Part shown: piece after piece, positions 61,721 through 64,000 of the stretch
Layout: every line of letters starts with the position of its first letter
Position numbering within the stretch: the stretch's first letter is position 1
From: Takakia lepidozioides
Taxonomy: Eukaryota; Plantae; Bryophyta
Assembly (NCBI GenBank): GCA_030704615.1
Contig: CM060731.1
Span: forward strand, 51,584,001-51,648,000
Direction of reading: 5' to 3'
DNA: 64,000 nucleotides
Position numbers and translations under genes: made by a program
The notes under the pieces: generated by a model
The model's input: the letters and a program-made list of their open reading frames with translations, nothing else
Told to the model about the DNA's origin: nothing
Databases searched by the model: none

Positions 61721-63891
61721 CGATTTAAGAGCAAGCCTAAGAAAAACCCTCTCAATGAAAGGGATGGCGACACCAGCTCGGAGGAGGAAGAGGAAGAAAA
61801 ACACGAGGAAGGAGGAAATAATAAAATGACAGTAGACAAGGACCTGTGGAATGGTGATGAGAAAGTCCCTCATGCTGCTGAATTGGAAGCTAGAGCTGCT
61901 GTCAAGTTCAGCGGGTGAGCTTTATATGCTATGAAGTTCTCTTTTTTTCCGTCATTTACAAGCATGTCGTCTGTTTAAGAGTGCAGTAGACCAACAAGCG
62001 TTTGTGTGTGGCAGTTCTTTTTAGGGCACTGATCGCATTTATACACTGGCAGGCCTACTTTCTGCAAGGAGCTATTTTACCACATCTTCTTTCCTCTTTC
62101 AGCTCCCCTTATGGTATATCTGGACGGAGGGTGGCTTGCCCTTGTGAATCGTGATTTACAGTCATTCTCAAGTATTTCTCATGGTTTGGCAACTTTTCCT
62201 AGCTGTCTGCTGTAAGTATCTAACAGCACATTAGGGACTCCCTATTCTGTTGTATGTTGAATAGCGACAGTTGGCTGGCCAGTGAAGTCTCATTCAATTC
62301 TCTATGCTGTGTTAACTACTGCATTGAACAGATCAGATTTGGCTAAAACTCATGGACATTGACTCCAGGTTGTTTGCAAGTGCACTAATTATTGGGTTGT
62401 ATGTACTGGTGGGCATATGTACAGTTTTCTCATTCAATACAGTGAGTACATATTACATGGTGGGAGGGAATTACACTAACTTTGTGTACGACATCCTGCT
62501 GGTCGACATCCTCTGGATCATGCGCAACTCGGTACAAGCCATTCCTGTTCTCTCATAGACACCCGTATACTTCTGACATCTTCACAGCTTTTTGTCTCGT
62601 TCATTGCTTGTCTATTCTGCTGGTCAAGTGCAACTCTGGCTTTGTGGTGCACATGTGTGGCTTTCATTCATCCACCCTGGTACAAGGCTTTGCCATCAAG
62701 TTGCCATACTAGTGGTAAGGTCGAAATTCTCACAGTTTAAATATCTTGTAGCTTATCATGGGAAACAGCCAAAGGCGAACCATTGTCCCAGAAATTCATC
62801 TTCTTCACATTGGTGAGTGTGGTTGAGTGGGTGATGGCAGGTGGTTGCAACCAAGTATGCATTTGCATCAAAGGTGCAGATGGAAAAAATGCGGACGGTT
62901 TTGGTGGACCAGACTACGCGACCGCACATGACTGTATGCTCACATTGCCATGCCTCCAGTCACTCACTCAGAGCTACATCCCACAGGATTTATGCTGGTT
63001 AGGTAGGTAGGGGATTTGCTGTTTTGTACAGCCAGATCTTGGCAACAGAGCAGAGGTGGTTTTACCGACTGCGTAAGAGCTAAATGTATCACACTGGCCA
63101 TAGCTGCTGCAATAGGCAGCTTGTGATTGAATGAAAAAAATCTGTCTAGATGTTTGCAGTTTCAGGTGTTTTTCCAGGCATGTAAGATGTACTGTATGGC
63201 TATGGAGGTTGAATAAAACCTGGCAAAAGTTGCCCTAGACAAAGCAACTTTAGTCTGAGATAGTGAGTGTGTATAAATTTAGGAGGTGGTATGGCCACAT
63301 ATCTGAAGTTTGCCACAATGTTGTTTGGTGAAGCTCCTAGGTGGGTGGAATAATCCCCTTCCGCGGAAGGTTTTGAAAGAAGAGCTATTCCTAGCTGCAG
63401 TACGCTGCAGAATGATGCTGCATGCTTCCTCTTTCCAGCTTGATACCAGTACTGACTCATTTGAGGCCATTTCTGACATGGTGACTGACCTCCGTCTCGA
63501 GAAAGATGATCCGCACACGGTTCATACCCTTTCCTGTACACTTTTCTCATATGTCCATGTTGGGATGACATGTCTATGTTGGGATCTGATAATATCAATT
63601 GGAAGGGACTTCCCCTATGGCAGTACGTGAAGCTCTTTTCTTTTCGCGGATCATGGAAAATTGATCTTTCATAGTCTAGCGTCTGCAGCTCTTAACTTTG
63701 ACATGCTTGATTTCCTATCCAGCATTCATCGCTGACAATAATGGAAGAAGCCAACAAATGGTTGCAAGCTGGAAGTGAAGAGTGCCTGGATGTGATGGCA
63801 TTGACAACCCAGGGGGGTATCCTGCGTCCAGGACGCCTGCCTGTACACTTGTATGCAGCACATGTGATCCACCAATCATCAAGCCTCAGCA
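61721..63891 (+). CDS. Multi-exon uncharacterised membrane protein (partial; may start ~61428 and continue past the window)
   Basis: GT-AG exons include an acidic loop EEEEEEK, PTFCKELFYHIFFPLSAPL, hydrophobic LFASALIIGLYVLVGICTVFSF...ILLVDILWIMRNS/VVATKYAF, LLGGWNNPLP and HSSLTIMEEANKW. Confidence 0.6.
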
Positions 63892-64000
63892 GGTTCCTAT
63901 TGACAGTATGCTTTGTGTCAACAGTGATTTGTAGCATGTTGGGAGTCTCAGGTGCCAATTTAAGGGCTGCCTAAATCTTACATCTTCAATCTCTTGTGTG

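Overview
Eukaryotic nuclear DNA with spliceosomal introns and PLS-class PPR genes. It is most likely a non-seed land plant such as a bryophyte, which is an inference from PPR style and TE content. The left 26 kb is a nest of transposons. It holds a decayed intron-containing ParB/Srx-like (DGNHR) gene and a very young full-length chromovirus (771-7742; 724-bp LTRs, ATTGT TSD). Next comes a decayed Mutator-like DDE+SWIM transposase carrying an inserted protease-dUTPase retroelement fragment, followed by two unexplained Cys-rich ORFs. The most notable element is a decayed Ty3/Gypsy retrotransposon whose polyprotein has a complete DNMT3-like C5 cytosine methyltransferase between protease and RT and a PHD finger after the integrase. 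The right 38 kb is gene-richer. It contains three paralogous PLS-PPR genes (two pseudogenes, and one open ORF whose DYW deaminase has decayed behind a premature stop), a stand-alone PARP-type zinc-finger gene, intact eIF3k, a damaged IMPL1 and a partial unknown membrane-protein gene. It also contains several MITEs, a foldback element, GA-tract-associated LINE ends and a ~750-bp-arm inverted repeat. All calls come from motif reading by eye; no searches were run.
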